From contig JANJGN010000007.1 in assembly GCA_026770705.1 (NCBI GenBank), positions 109,306,001-109,370,000 of the forward strand: a stretch of DNA of 64,000 nt. Direction: 5' to 3'. The notes below the pieces were generated by a model, which ran no database searches, had not been told where the DNA came from, and saw nothing but the letters and a program-made list of their open reading frames with translations. Of the stretch, positions 1 through 11,321 are shown piece after piece. The translations under genes and the position numbers were made by a program. Position 1 is the first letter of the stretch. Each line of letters begins with the position of its first letter. The DNA comes from Isurus oxyrinchus. Lineage: Eukaryota.

Positions 1-2446
1 CTCCACTACCACAACTGTTTTTGTTTGATGGGAAACGTTTGTCATGTGATGGCTAGTTTGATGATCCATTTGACAGCCTCCGAAATACCAGATGGTGAAC
101 AGACCTCAGTGGGCTGGCTGATGTGATGCGTTCCATGATCTGTGATGCACAGCCACAATTGCACTTTGTGTCACACCTCCGATTCGACTTTCAGAGAAGG
201 TAGCTGTATTATCCATGCCCAGTGAAGATGGACTTGAAACCTGAGGGAGATCAATAGCAGGGACATCTTAATGGCAATCTACATGTGGTCTCGCTATGTG
301 GGCAAGTTTATTGAGAACTTGCCAGCTAATATCATCAAGAAGATAAATGAAAGTGGCCTTCCAGTTTTTTAAAGCATGAACGCATCACTATGTGCTTCAC
401 TCATGCACTGTAACGTTAGCAGAAGAGCTGTCGGGACAATGGAAAGCTTTTATAACTGTCTTCTTACTAATGTTCCCGTGGTATTGCAATGGAAGCTTCA
501 GCTTCACGTGAGGGAAAATATTAGAAATTTCCCTGCCCCAAACTTATTCCTGTAGCACTTACTTTAAGACTTTAACAGTATACTGCTGAAGTATAGTATA
601 AAATTAATCCCTCTGCCTGAGAAATACAGGTAAGAATATACCATACTTGCTTCATCCAACAACCTCAATAACTCTGAACCAAAATCTTGGAAGTTGCATT
701 AGAGTCAGAAGAAAAATTAAATGCTAAAAGGGCTCTCAAAACTGAATCAGCATTTCTAATTAACTTGAAACACTTGAGCTATGGGTCAAAGGCACATGGA
801 GCATCTGCTGTTTGTGATTTGAACATGTTGACTGAAAATGAATTTACAGCTGCAATGACTGACAAACTTGGGATTTGGTTTCCATTTTTGCACTCTTCAG
901 AGAAATGCTCACATAAAGCAATTCTTGTTTCATAATCTGAATGAATATAAATAATAAATTCTCACTATATTCTGAGTAGAGAGACTTCATCGCAAATGGG
1001 TGAAACTAAGACCAAGACTCAGTGTAGGATAAAATCTAAAGCTGGTGAGAGTAATAGGGGAAAAATCTGATTCAGGAAGTCGTAGTTGTCAATGTCAAGC
1101 ATGGCTTTCAAATCCGTGTAGATATTTAGAGGATGTGAACACTGTCCTGGGTAGGGAGCTTCACAATTAGTGATTGAGACAGTTCCATGAATTTGCATTT
1201 CAACAAAGTGAGGTTACAGGAAGGAGGAACAGTGTGTATTTTGAACTTAGACGAAACAAGATAGGAAATTCAATTGATAAGTGGCCATTGTAGTATCTTC
1301 AAAATAAAGATAGGTGGGAAAAGGTAGAGAGAAGTTGGAGACAAGAAGGGAGGGAAGGATGCACAAAAAGATAAGATTGGTCATAAGAGAGCCTCTTTCG
1401 ATATAGCAGGGTTTAAATCTTTGAACTAATTGAAAACAAATGTTCAGTCTTAAAGTAGATAGCAATCTTCTTGGACGCAACTTTTACTGGTGAAATATGT
1501 AGCTTCAGTGGGTAATGTAAAAAAATAATTCAGTGGATAAGGGCTAAATATTGGAAAAATATAAGAGGTTAGACTTGCCGAATAATTTGCAAGCAACATA
1601 AAAAAACTGTTTCTGAACAGTTGGCAAAATCAAAACTTTTTATCGCACTGAATGCTCTGTTGTAAACTAATTTGCATAATTAATAACAAGAAAATACTTA
1701 GAGTCAAACATGACTAAAAAGGACAGCAATGGGTGGGAGTGAAAAATTATATGTAACTCAGAGTTAAATGGATTGGAACAATTAAAGGCAGTGTCACAAT
1801 AGGCAACAAAAATTCAGAAAGTCTTGAGATTGTTCAAAAGCATTTCAGGCACTTAGCAATATTTGCCAAGGCTGTAGGGAAAGGGGATTTAAAAACAGAC
1901 TTCAAAACAAAAAGGAAAGGGAAGCGGAGGTCTATGTATGAGTCTGAAGAATAATGGTGGGAAAACAAACACCGAACCATGCAAGAACTTAAGAAATAGG
2001 AGGAGTAGGCCATTTGGCCCCTCAAGCCTGCCCAGCCATTCAGTAAGATCATGGTCGATCTGACCGTGGCTTTAACTCCGCTTTCCTGACTGCCCACAAT
2101 AATCTTTGGTTGCCTTGTAGATCAAAAATCTGTCCAACTGAGCCTTAAATACATTCAATGACCCAGTCTCCACTGCCTTCTAGAATACTGAATTCCAAAA
2201 ATTAACCTCTGACAATGATGATTCCACCTCATCTCAACCTTAAGTGGGAGATCTATTGCTTTTAAAATTGTTCCCCCGGTTCTAGACTCCACAAACGAGA
2301 TAAAATATCCTCTCACCATCTATGACCACCTTTCATTATTCTAAACTCCAATGACTGAAGGCCCAAACTGCTCAAAATCTCCTCATAAGCTACACCTTCA
2401 TCCCCCTCATTCCAGGTATAAAACTAGTATACTTTCTCTGAACTGT

Positions 2447-3150
2447 ATAACAAAAACAAAAATAACTGGAAAACTCAGCAGATCTGACAGAATGTGCAGA
2501 GAAGAATGCAGTTAACATTTCAAGTCCATCTTCAAAATCGTCAAGTCATCTTCCGAGTAATGCACTTTGCAGCCTTCCGGGCTTAATGCTGAGTTCAGCA
2601 ACTTCAGATCATGAACTCTCTCTTCCATCCCCACCACCTTTCCGAACCTCTTTCCCAATAATTTATACTTTTTTAACATACATATTTATATTGAATATTT
2701 TTCTTTTCCCACCTATTTCTATTATTTTTAAATGTATTTCCATTCATTGTTTTACATCCACCTTTTAGCACATTTAGATCCATTCCACCTACCCCAGCCC
2801 CGCTAGTGCTATCTGCCACTTGCTCCTCCTGCTTTGTACTCATAATATCACCATTAGTACATTCCATAGCTAATATCACCACCATCAACACCCCTTTGTC
2901 TTTTTGTCTATGACACCATTGACAATCATTGACAGCTATCATTTGGTGCTCTATCCATCTCTACTTGTCCCACCCCCTCAACCAGCTTATATTTCATCTC
3001 ATTTCTATTTTTCATTAGTTCTGATGAAGAGTCATACGGACTCGAAACGTTAACTGTGTTCCTCTCCGCAGATGCTGTAAGACCTGCTGAGTTTTTCCAG
3101 CTATTTTTGTTTTTGTTTCAGGTTTCCAGCATCTGCAATATTTTGATTTT
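2447..3150 (+). mobile_element. Short Penelope-like element (GIY-YIG C-terminal remnant, inverted termini) nested in CR1
   Basis: A 14-bp TSD tttctctgaactgt lies at 2433-2446 and 3151-3164. The ends are inverted (aaaactcagcag / ctgctgagtttttc). There is an IFR..TLQPSGLNAEFSNFR-type remnant and a hammerhead motif. Confidence 0.75.
3017..3055 (+). ncRNA. Minimal type I hammerhead ribozyme motif in a Penelope terminal repeat
   Basis: agtt-CTGATGA-A-GAGTC-atacg-GACTC-GAAAC-GTT-aact: conserved core, 5-bp stem II, palindromic stem III and stem I agtt/aact. Confidence 0.7.
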
Positions 3151-3949
3151 TTTCTCTGAACTGTCTCCACTGCACATATAGCCTTCCTTAAGTAGGAAAA
3201 CCAAAAATGTACATAATACTGTAGGTAATTGTCTCATCAATGCCCTGTTCAGTCGCAGCACCTCCAGCTCCCTTGCATTGAAGGTGAGCTTTCCATTCGC
3301 CTTTCTAATTACTGGCTAACTATTTTTGCTTATGGACAAGGACATTCAGATCCCTCTGTACAGCAAAATTCTGCAGCTTGTCTCCATTTAAATAATATTC
3401 TACTGTCTGGTGGTTGTGTAACTTGAGGTGATGCTACATGAGATATTGAGTTAGTTTCCCTCTGTACCACTCTTTGATAGCACTTTTCCATAGAGTAGCA
3501 ATTTGGCAAGTTTGACCAATGCTAAGTATTGATCAGCCTGCTAGTCACCATCAACATCCTCGAAGTTACCACTGAACAGAAACTGAAGTGGACGAGCCAT
3601 ATACATACTGTGCTTACAACAGCAGGTCAGAGACTGGGAATTCTATGGCGAGTAACTTACCTCCTGTCTCCCCATAGCCTGTCCATCATCTACAAGACAA
3701 AAATAAGGAGCATGATGTAATAACCTTCACTTGCCTGGATAAGTTAGCTCCAACAACACACAAGAAACTCAGCAACATCCAGGACGAAGCAATCCGCTTG
3801 ATTGGCACCTCATCCACCACATTCAACATTCATTCACCCGACCAGCGACACACAGTGGAAGCAGTGTGTACCAGCTACAAGATGCACTGCAGAGACTCAC
3901 CAACGATCGTTCCACAGCACCTTCCAAACATGTGACCTCTACGAAGTCA

Positions 3950-5280
3950 TGGTTGGTCTATTATTTGGAATCTATTATAAGGAAATTTTAGCAATCTGCT
4001 CAGCAAAGTATAAAATGTATAGTGTAGTTAGAGCAAGTCAACATAGTTTTACGAAAGGGAAATCCTATTTAACAAATGTATCAGCGTTGTTAATGTCGTA
4101 ACTAGTAGGGTAAAGGAAGGTGTATCATAGATGTCGCATACTTGGGTCTCCAAAAGGCATTTAATAAGGTCCCACACAGAAAGTTAACGGACAAGGGTTC
4201 ATGTGGTTTGGAGCAATATGTGGCAATGGATAAATGATTGGTTAATGGACAGGAACCAAAGGATGGGCGTAAATGGGCCTTTTTCAAGTTGGCACACTAA
4301 CTCATGGAGCACTGCAAAGATCCGTGCTGGGGCCTCAGCTATTTACAATCTTCACTCTCTTCATCTGAGTCAGTAATATTGCGTCTAAGTTCACTGATAA
4401 TACAAAGCTAGGTAAGAAGGTAATCAAATGGAGAGGACACAGAGTGGCTGAAAATAGAGAAAGAAAGGTTAAATGAATGGGCAGCAAGGTGATTCATGGA
4501 GTATAATGTGGAGGGGTTTGGTCGTAAGAATAGGAAAGAAGGATATTTTCTGAAAGATGGAACTTGTAAATGTTGATGTTCAGCGAGGCATGTGTTTCTA
4601 CCAGAAATGCAGAAAATTAGCATGCAGGTGCAGCAAGCATTCAAGAAGGCAAATGTTGGCCTTCATTGAAGAGTATTTCGTGTATTGGAATAAAGAAGTA
4701 TTGATAGAATTGTAAGGACTTTGGCGAGACCACATCTGGAATACTGTGTGCAGTTTTTAATCTCCATATTTGAGGAAGGATAGAGTTGCTTTGGACGTGC
4801 TGCAGAAACAGTTCAGTAGATTAGCCCCTGGGATGAAGAGTTGTCTTTTGATAAGGGACTGAAAAATTCAGGTTATATTCCCTGGCGTTTACAAGAATGG
4901 AAGACAGCTCATTCATTCGTACTAGAAATTGAAAGGGCCTTGATAGGGCAGATGGTGAGAGATTTTTTTTCCCACTGGTCAGGAAAGCTGAAGCACGAGC
5001 GGCACAGAGGCAGGACAAGAGGCTGATCATTTAGGATTGAGAGGAGGAGAAATTATTTCACTCGAATGGTTGTGAATCTTTGGAATTCTCTACCCCAGAG
5101 GGCTGTTGATGATCCAACATTGAATACATTTAAGGCTGGGATGGACAAGTCTTTGGTCTCTCAGGAAATCCAGTGATTGGGGCAGCAGGCAGGAAGTTAA
5201 GTTGAAGCCTAAGATCAGCCATGATCACATTGAATGGCAGTGTAGGCTCAGTGGGCTGTATGGTATACTCCTGCTCCTCT
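3950..5280 (+). mobile_element. CR1 LINE RT/3' fragment
   Basis: SQHSFTKGKSYLTN, YLGLQKAFNKVPH- and RPHLEYCVQF-like sequence, followed by a CR1 3' UTR. Confidence 0.8.
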
Positions 5281-5491
5281 TTCTTTTTCTTAATTGGTGG
5301 CCTGTGGGTTGCTAGCTTCTCACCCTCTCACGCTCACTTTCAAAATCGAGACAGAATCCTGAAGCATTGGCAGATTGACACACCAGCTGTGAGTATCATT
5401 TTCAAAGTGCACCACACCCACTGTTGCTCCAATGGGCGATTCAACATCCCATCCTCTGAATTATATCTCATTTCTCTAGAGATTCGGAGTT

Positions 5492-5559
5492 TTATCTGGC
5501 TGTAAATATGCTACACCAACTATGGAAGTTCTTCGTGCCTAGAACGGAAGTGTTCCTAT
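5492..5559 (-). pseudogene. Gene C: candidate short cytoplasmic terminal exon
   Basis: Acceptor aatttcacag|, reading DRNTSVLGTKNFHSWCSIFTAR* in phase 1. The polypyrimidine tract is weak. Confidence 0.35.
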
Positions 5560-5780
5560 CTGTGAAATTACCATTGTTCACCTCGATGAGCTCAAAAATA
5601 AACTGCATAAAATATCATCTAAGAACTGAAGTAGTGTTTTTCAACCTAATGTTACTTATTGCAGGTTAATAAATTAGTTCACATATACTTTCAATCTGTT
5701 ATAATTTCTGTATTTGTATAATTGATGAATATTAAATCTTGAAGTCCAACCATGAATGTGGTGACGTAGCTCCCCCTTAC

Positions 5781-5900
5781 CTTCAGATATTTTGCAGCAG
5801 CAGATTTTACCACAAAGTACCAGTGCAATAATCAGGAGTAGTAAAGCGATTGTTCCACACAGGTAGATCCACCAAGGAAAAGTAGAATTGGAGCCATTTT
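5781..5900 (-). pseudogene. Gene C: transmembrane exon
   Basis: Bounded by ttttgcatgtgtcttgcag| and G|gtaagg, 120 bp, phase 1-1. Reads ENGSNSTFPWWIYLCGTIALLLLIIALVLCGKICCCKISE. Confidence 0.85.
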
Positions 5901-6387
5901 CTGCAAGACACATGCAAAACAAAAAAATAGTCATTCACTTTCGGAAGGAAAGCAATGGTACAGTGTGTTAGCAGGTGCTTAATTCACCTGTCAGACCCCA
6001 GCTCTTTCTCATGGCTCTATATGGGCGATATTGTGAATTTACGCTTCCTGCACAAATACACAATACCAGATTTCACACACAATATTTCAATTACTGCTCT
6101 TGGGCCATAAAAGATTTGAATCATGGCTGTCAAACCGATAAACGTCCATTTTGTGACGTGTAATAAAAGTAAGCTGTTAAAACTGCGTAAAATCATATCA
6201 CTGAGCTCAGCAGATGCAGCTGATACACTATGCCAGTCTCAACCAGCTCCATTGAGTTCACAATTACTGAAAAATCATCAGCACTGCACTTACTGCTTTT
6301 CTGGCATTACCATTAAAACATTTCCTACCAAATGCTTTGAAACGACATTGTACAATGCATTCACAATTAAATAGGTTTTGTTCCTAC

Positions 6388-6683
6388 CTGCAAAGGGAAC
6401 AGTGTATTTGATCCAAGTTGGAACCTTGAGGTTCGAGTGACATACCTCACAGATATAAACAGTCCCACTCTGAACAGGTTGTAGCTCTTCCAAATAACTG
6501 GAAGTTTAATATATTTCCTTAGCATCCTTCTCTCTGGATGTCTCTACTCCAACTGTAGCTTTTTGACCATCTTTACACCAAACAGTGGTGAAATCAGCAG
6601 GATAGAACTTAGATGTTTTACACAAACACGTTAGAGAGCCATTGCAGAAAACATTGGCAAACTCGTCAGAGGAAGTGGAGAAG
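6388..6683 (-). pseudogene. Gene C: Ig C1 exon with 1-bp deletion and stop
   Basis: Bounded by ttttttctatag| and CAG|gtagg. Reads ASPLPL...(frameshift)NGSLTCLCKTSKFYPADFTTVWCKDG...EIY*TSSYLEELQPVQSGTVYICEVCHSNL. It is 296 bp against 297 bp for the paralogous gene A exon. Confidence 0.9.
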
Positions 6684-6919
6684 CTATAGAAAAAATAAAA
6701 ACAAACACGTTTCTTAATTTCCAAGGTGGATACCATATACTGGTATATTCCTCCTGGGCATCATTTCACAATATTGCAGTTGTGCTTTACCTTTGAATAT
6801 CAACTACCCCAATGTTCATAGGAACTACATTCTAGTTGTGATTCATTCTGCCAGGATCATTAAGCTTGGGCCTAATTCAGGCTTGGTCCATATAAAAGAG
6901 AAAATTGTTCACTTAAGAG

Positions 6920-7660
6920 GATAGTTGACAGTGAGTGCCCTTGACATCAAGGCAGCATTTTACCAAGTGTGGCACCAAGAACGCCTGGCTAAACTGAAGT
7001 TTAAGGAAATGAAGGGGGAATCTCTCCACTGGTTGGAGTCATAGCCAATACAAAGGAAGATTGTTGTGGTTGTTGGAGGCTAATCGTCTCAGTCCCATGT
7101 CATTGCCATAGAAGTTGCTCCGGGTTGTGTTCTCGACTCAATCATCTTCAGCTACTTAATCAATGTCTTTCTCTCCTTTATATGGTGAGATGTGAGGATA
7201 CTCCGTGATGATTACACAATGTTCAGTACTATTTGCAATTCTTCACATGCAAAAGCAATCCGTGTCCATCTGCAGGAAAGCCTAGAAAAAAATTAGCCTT
7301 GGGTTGATAAATGACAAACAGCATTGGCATCATCCAAGTGCCAGTCAATAACCATCTCCAACAAGAATAAATTTAACCATCTCCCCATGACATTCAATGG
7401 GATTATCAATGCTGAATCTCCCAATATCAACACCCGTTCGTGATCATTTTTGGGAACCTCAACTCGTTCAGCCATATACATTTTAAACTGTGGCTACTAG
7501 AGCAGGTCAGAGGCTGAGAATTCTGCAGCGAATAACTCACCTTCTGACTCTCCAAATCCCGTTGACTCTCCGCAGAGCAAGAGCCTGGTGATGGAATTGT
7601 CTCCGCCTGCCGTATGAGTGCGGCCCCAACAACACTCACGATGTTCATTTCATCCAGGAC
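6920..7660 (+). mobile_element. LINE RT fragment (second CR1/L2-group family)
   Basis: ALDIKAAF.QVWHQ and AGQRLRIL motifs shared with 3545-3940, 21292-24130 and 48410-50720. Confidence 0.7.
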
Positions 7661-8049
7661 AAACCATTCTTTCAGTTCATTTGATGTACAGGGTCAACTA
7701 GCAATTACTTTGGTATAATTTAACGGTACAGGAAGATTGTGCAGCAAAACGCACTGCAGGCTGGTTGTGCATGAGTGCTGCATGAATCCTTGATCAGCTC
7801 CGATTCGTTCTTCTATATGTTCCTTTATATGCTGGCTCACCTGTTTCACACCTACTTTCCCCTTTGCCTTCTCCGAGCTCATCTTGTTCCCTCCTCATTC
7901 CCATTAAACTGCTAACCATGCAATTTTATTTCTGCCAAAAGAGTGCCATCTTTCTCAGAACGCCGGATTTTCATTCCTCCAATCAGGTTCCTGCCCCGTC
8001 ACAGTCCTGTCAAGTTCACTGGTGACATATAATGCGGCAGAAGTTAACT

Positions 8050-9175
8050 TGGGCCTTTTAGACATATCTGTGGTCCTTTTCATGGTGACCACACTTTCGT
8101 CCTCGACTGCCAATCCACTGTGGTCCAGAAGGGTGGGACTACATTAGTCTGGTTCCATGCCTATCTATGCAGTCATTGTCAGAGAGTTACCTGCAATGGC
8201 TTTTCCTCTTGCAAATATACCATTTCTTTTGGAGTTTCTAAAGATTCAGTCATTGGTTATCTCGCATTTCTCATCCACATGCTGCCACTGGAGGACACCG
8301 TCAAAACACAGGAAGTTTCCACACAGTTGGTGACATCCAATTCTACCTGATCATCACCATTCTCGATATTTCCACTGTGTATTTATCGTCAGACTATTTG
8401 GCATTATATACTGGATAAGCACAGGTTCCGCTAACTAAATATTGGGAAAAGATGAAAACATTGACTTTGGGCACTGCTACCAAACCTTTCCCCAAGCCCT
8501 CTACTCTATCCCACTATTTTGCAAACGTCAGGGGTTCAGTCAGATTGTTCGCAACATTAATGTTATATTTAACCCTGAGATAATCATCCATCATCCTACC
8601 CATGATGGCTTAATTCCACCTCCGTAACTTCACCTCACTCTCCCCTGCCTCGGTCCATCTGCTAAAGAAACCCCCACGTTTACTTTAGACTTTTCTATTC
8701 CAATGCACTCCAGTACAGCCTTACACACTCAAACCTTTCAAACCTTGTGGTCATCCTAATCTCTGCTGGTCCTGTCATAATTTGCTTTGATTTTGGAAAT
8801 TTCCAATTGATTTTCAAATTCGTTCATTGTCTCTCTCCTCTACTTCTGTAACTTCCCGCAGCTAGCAAAGCTCTGAAATACCTGTACTCCACTAATCGTG
8901 GTCTCTTTATCACCCCCGGTTTCAATCAATCCATGACTGGCAGGCATAGGTGAGCTGCCATGATGCTAAGCTTTGGAGTCGCCTCCCTGAACTGCACCTC
9001 TCTCAAACATCTTCTCCCTTTATAAAAATCGATAAAAAACGATTCTCTGATTCAAACATTTGATCATTTGTCCTAATATCACTTCATGTAAGTCGGTGTG
9101 GGACTCTGCTTGATAATCATCCCATTAAGCGCCTTGAGTCACTTTAGTACAATAAAGATGCTATATAAATACACT
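8050..9175 (+). mobile_element. L2 LINE fragment
   Basis: Decayed RT sequence (gactacattagtctggttccatgcctatctat) and an L2-type tail (aagcgccttgag...aaagatgctatataaat). Confidence 0.65.
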
Positions 9176-9544
9176 GTCATTAATTTTGCTTTTGTTGTAG
9201 ACTCACAATTATGGACAAATGTCTCCACATTAAATTATTGTTAAATTTAAAGGATAATGTTGTAAAAATCCTACCACCGTGAATCAACACAAAATTGCTC
9301 TAAGATGAATACTGATTTACTTTAAATATACATGCAAGAATCTCACGATGACCCAAACTATCATGGTGCAATACTTAAATCTGTGTTTTAACTTAGTCGT
9401 CAATGTTCTTTCATCCGTGATTAGTGTGTACGTGTAATTATGCATGTTATCTGATTATGTTGCAATTATTCAAAACACAAATATCCCAACTGGTTGCCTA
9501 AACCATATGTAATGTCGGAAATAATGAATTTCAATATATTCGAC

Positions 9545-10140
9545 GTTGAATGACATTGCAGATATCTCAGAGAGACGATTTTACAGAGGTATGGAGCTGC
9601 AAAGCCATAGAGAAACTTGAAGACATGGGCGTGGATTTTGAAATTGACGTTTTGATCAATTGGAAGCAAGGGTAGGTCAGCAGGCATAGGGATAATGTGT
9701 GAATGAGACTTAGTGCTAGGAAATAGTGTTGGATGGCCTCAATTCTACTGAAGAGGGATGTGGGAGGCCAGCTGGAAATGTTTGGAACAGTCAAGTATAA
9801 AGTAGCAAAAGCATTGATGCTGGTTTCAGCAGCAGATAAACTGATTCAGGGCAAAGCTGGGCGATGTTGCAGAGGTGGAATAGAGCACTCCTAGTGATAG
9901 CGCTGTTATGTGATCGGAATGTCATCAGGGGTCAAATATTGCACCAACATAACGTAAGCCTGGTTCAGCCTCAAACAGTAGCCCTGGAGGGGGATGGAGC
10001 TCGTTGCTAAGGAATTGAATTTCAACTGGGGACAAAAGCCTATGGCTTAAATCTTCCCAATTTGTATTGGAGAACATTTCTGTTCATCCAGTGCTGGATG
10101 TCTGAGACACAGACTGATAATTTAGAGACAATGGGCCAAT
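9545..10140 (-). mobile_element. L2 LINE fragment
   Basis: LPLLPIDQNVNFKIHAHVFKFLYGFAAPYLC, typical of the L2 ORF2 C-terminus. Confidence 0.65.
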
Positions 10141-11321
10141 CGAGCTAGATGTGGCCACAATATTTATATGTCTGGTACATTTCAGTTTCTGGTCATTAAC
10201 AACTCTTAGGTTGTTACTGTCGGGGGATTCCACGATCATAATTCCTTTGAATGTCAAAACGAGATTACTAGATTATCTTCTTGGAGATTGTAAATGCCTG
10301 GCACTTGTATGGTGCGAATGTTACTTGCTACTTTTCAGGTAAGCCTGATGGTTGTCCAGGTATTACTGTATGTGGGTACCAACTATTTGAGTATTTGATG
10401 AGTTGCAACTGTTAGCAAGCTCTGTACAACCATCAACGGACATCCTCAACTTTGACCTTACTTTGGAGGGAGCAGCTGAAGATGGTTGGGCTGAGAACAT
10501 TACGATGAAGAGCTCCTGCAGTAACGTCCTGCGGCTGAGATGATTGGCTAGTTACCCAGCCAGTGGTAAAATTGGATCAGGTCCCAGTTCCAGCCCAAGC
10601 GACGGGTTTTCAAGATCAGTGACAAAAATCAACCCTGCGCTTTTGAGGTGTGCTGAGGCCTTGAAAAAAAATTTAAAGGAGCTTTTAAGGTCGTCAAATG
10701 TCATTTGAATAAATAAATTTTAAGGAGCTAATGATGATGTTGTTAGTATTTTCTTCGTATTATTAATGGATAAAGTTATTGTGAAAACACTTCAACATTT
10801 CAAGTATTCCTAAACTGGTCTCTAGGAATATATGATTATAAAGCCATTAACTGTTATTGCATTCTGGAATACGATGCCAAAATGTGCACAGCATCATATG
10901 AGTGCTAACATTATAATTACATATAATGCGGATCTGATATTGGAGTGCCAACGTGGATGAAATTGCTTTCCGATCCAAACTTCCATCTGAGCAGGTTCAG
11001 AAAATAATTAGAAAGGGAAATGGAATTACATTGTATGAAAATTGGGAAGCCTTGCCAGGATTGTGCAGGGTGTTGGTGAGATTACACCTTGTGTGTTGTG
11101 TAGAGTTCTGGATTCCATACCTGCATTCGTGGCAGTTGAAGAAACGTTCTCTAGGTTAATTACTGGGATGAAAAATTTGCCTTATGGGGAATGGGTGAGC
11201 AGTTTGGGCCTATGCTCATTGAAGTTTAGAAGAATGAAAGGTGATATTATTGAAACATAAACGATTCTGAGGAGTCATGGCAAAGAAAGACAGAGGATAT
11301 TTCCCTTCGTGGCAGAATAAC

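Larger units (their letters stand above)
1979..3420 (-). mobile_element. CR1 LINE 3' fragment (interrupted by a Penelope element)
   Basis: CR1 3' end (gaaataggaggagtaggccatt) and decayed RT C-terminal sequence. Confidence 0.75.
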
